Positions 44,475 through 44,661 of a stretch of DNA of 44,661 bases are shown here, piece after piece; positions within the stretch are counted from its first letter, which is position 1, and every line of letters begins with the position of its first letter. The stretch is from Escherichia phage HH3, in the sequence record PP759150, one strand, 5' to 3'. Both the position numbers and the translations under genes were made by a program. The notes under the pieces are model-generated. The model had not been told where the DNA came from, made no database searches, and was given only the letters and a program-made list of their open reading frames with translations.

Positions 44475-44661
44475 TTATGCAATAAAACTGCATAAAGTAG
44501 GCGGGACAAAAAGCGGGACAGACCAGGGGCGGGACAAAGCGGGACAGCACCCCGTCCCGCCCCGGATGACGCGGCCTGGAGAGGAGCGGGACAGCGGGAC
44601 AGCACCCCAGTCTTTCAGACTAGACGGGGGTCAACGGCCCCCCTCGTCTGAGACTGCATAA
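44475..44661. repeat. Repeat element copy B: six or more CGGGACA units plus terminal hairpin (44608-44656) ending in CTGCATAA at the window edge
   Basis: Aligns with 16827-17013 over 187 bp; hairpin arms identical and only the loop differs by two bases. Confidence 0.85.

Noticed and set aside
1-44661. tRNA genes, integrase, repressor or attachment site
   Set aside because: I saw no tRNA-like T-loop/acceptor patterns in the intergenic regions and no integrase-like or CI-like ORF, so none is reported; a tRNAscan-SE run would be needed to exclude tRNAs formally.

Overview
The window reads as a near-complete or complete genome of a tailed dsDNA phage (siphovirus-like, lambda/T1-type tail tip module), about 44.7 kb, with no integrase or repressor seen, so it is probably virulent. 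Layout: plus-strand small early-like genes and a holin-endolysin cassette (212-3486); packaging and head genes (HTH-metallophosphoesterase, TerS, TerL, portal, Mu-F-like head morphogenesis, 3470-9494); Rz/Rz1 spanins embedded out of frame (9487-9928); an antisense two-gene cassette (9943-11061); scaffold, major capsid, neck, major tail and G/GT chaperone with a -1 frameshift (11216-16682); a 330-bp repeat-dense non-coding insertion; tape measure, lambda M/L/K/I/J-like tail tip genes and a tail fiber with C-terminal chaperone domain (17078-28980); then a minus-strand replication and DNA-modification block (29007-41386: Pol I, VRR-NUC, SNF2-like helicase, Cas4-like exonuclease, SSB-like protein, Dam-type and C5-type methyltransferase-like genes, HAD hydrolase, HNH-like protein); a 400-bp divergent early control region; and a plus-strand HTH protein plus primase-helicase (41790-44394). 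Two features are not explained by gene annotation and are the main leads: a duplicated ~190-bp GCGGGAC-iteron/hairpin element (16827-17013 and 44475-44661), and a 9-mer TGCAACCAA/TTGGTTGCA found at least 16 times, almost all at gene or operon boundaries. All functional calls rest on motifs I could read in the translations and on gene order; no database search was run.
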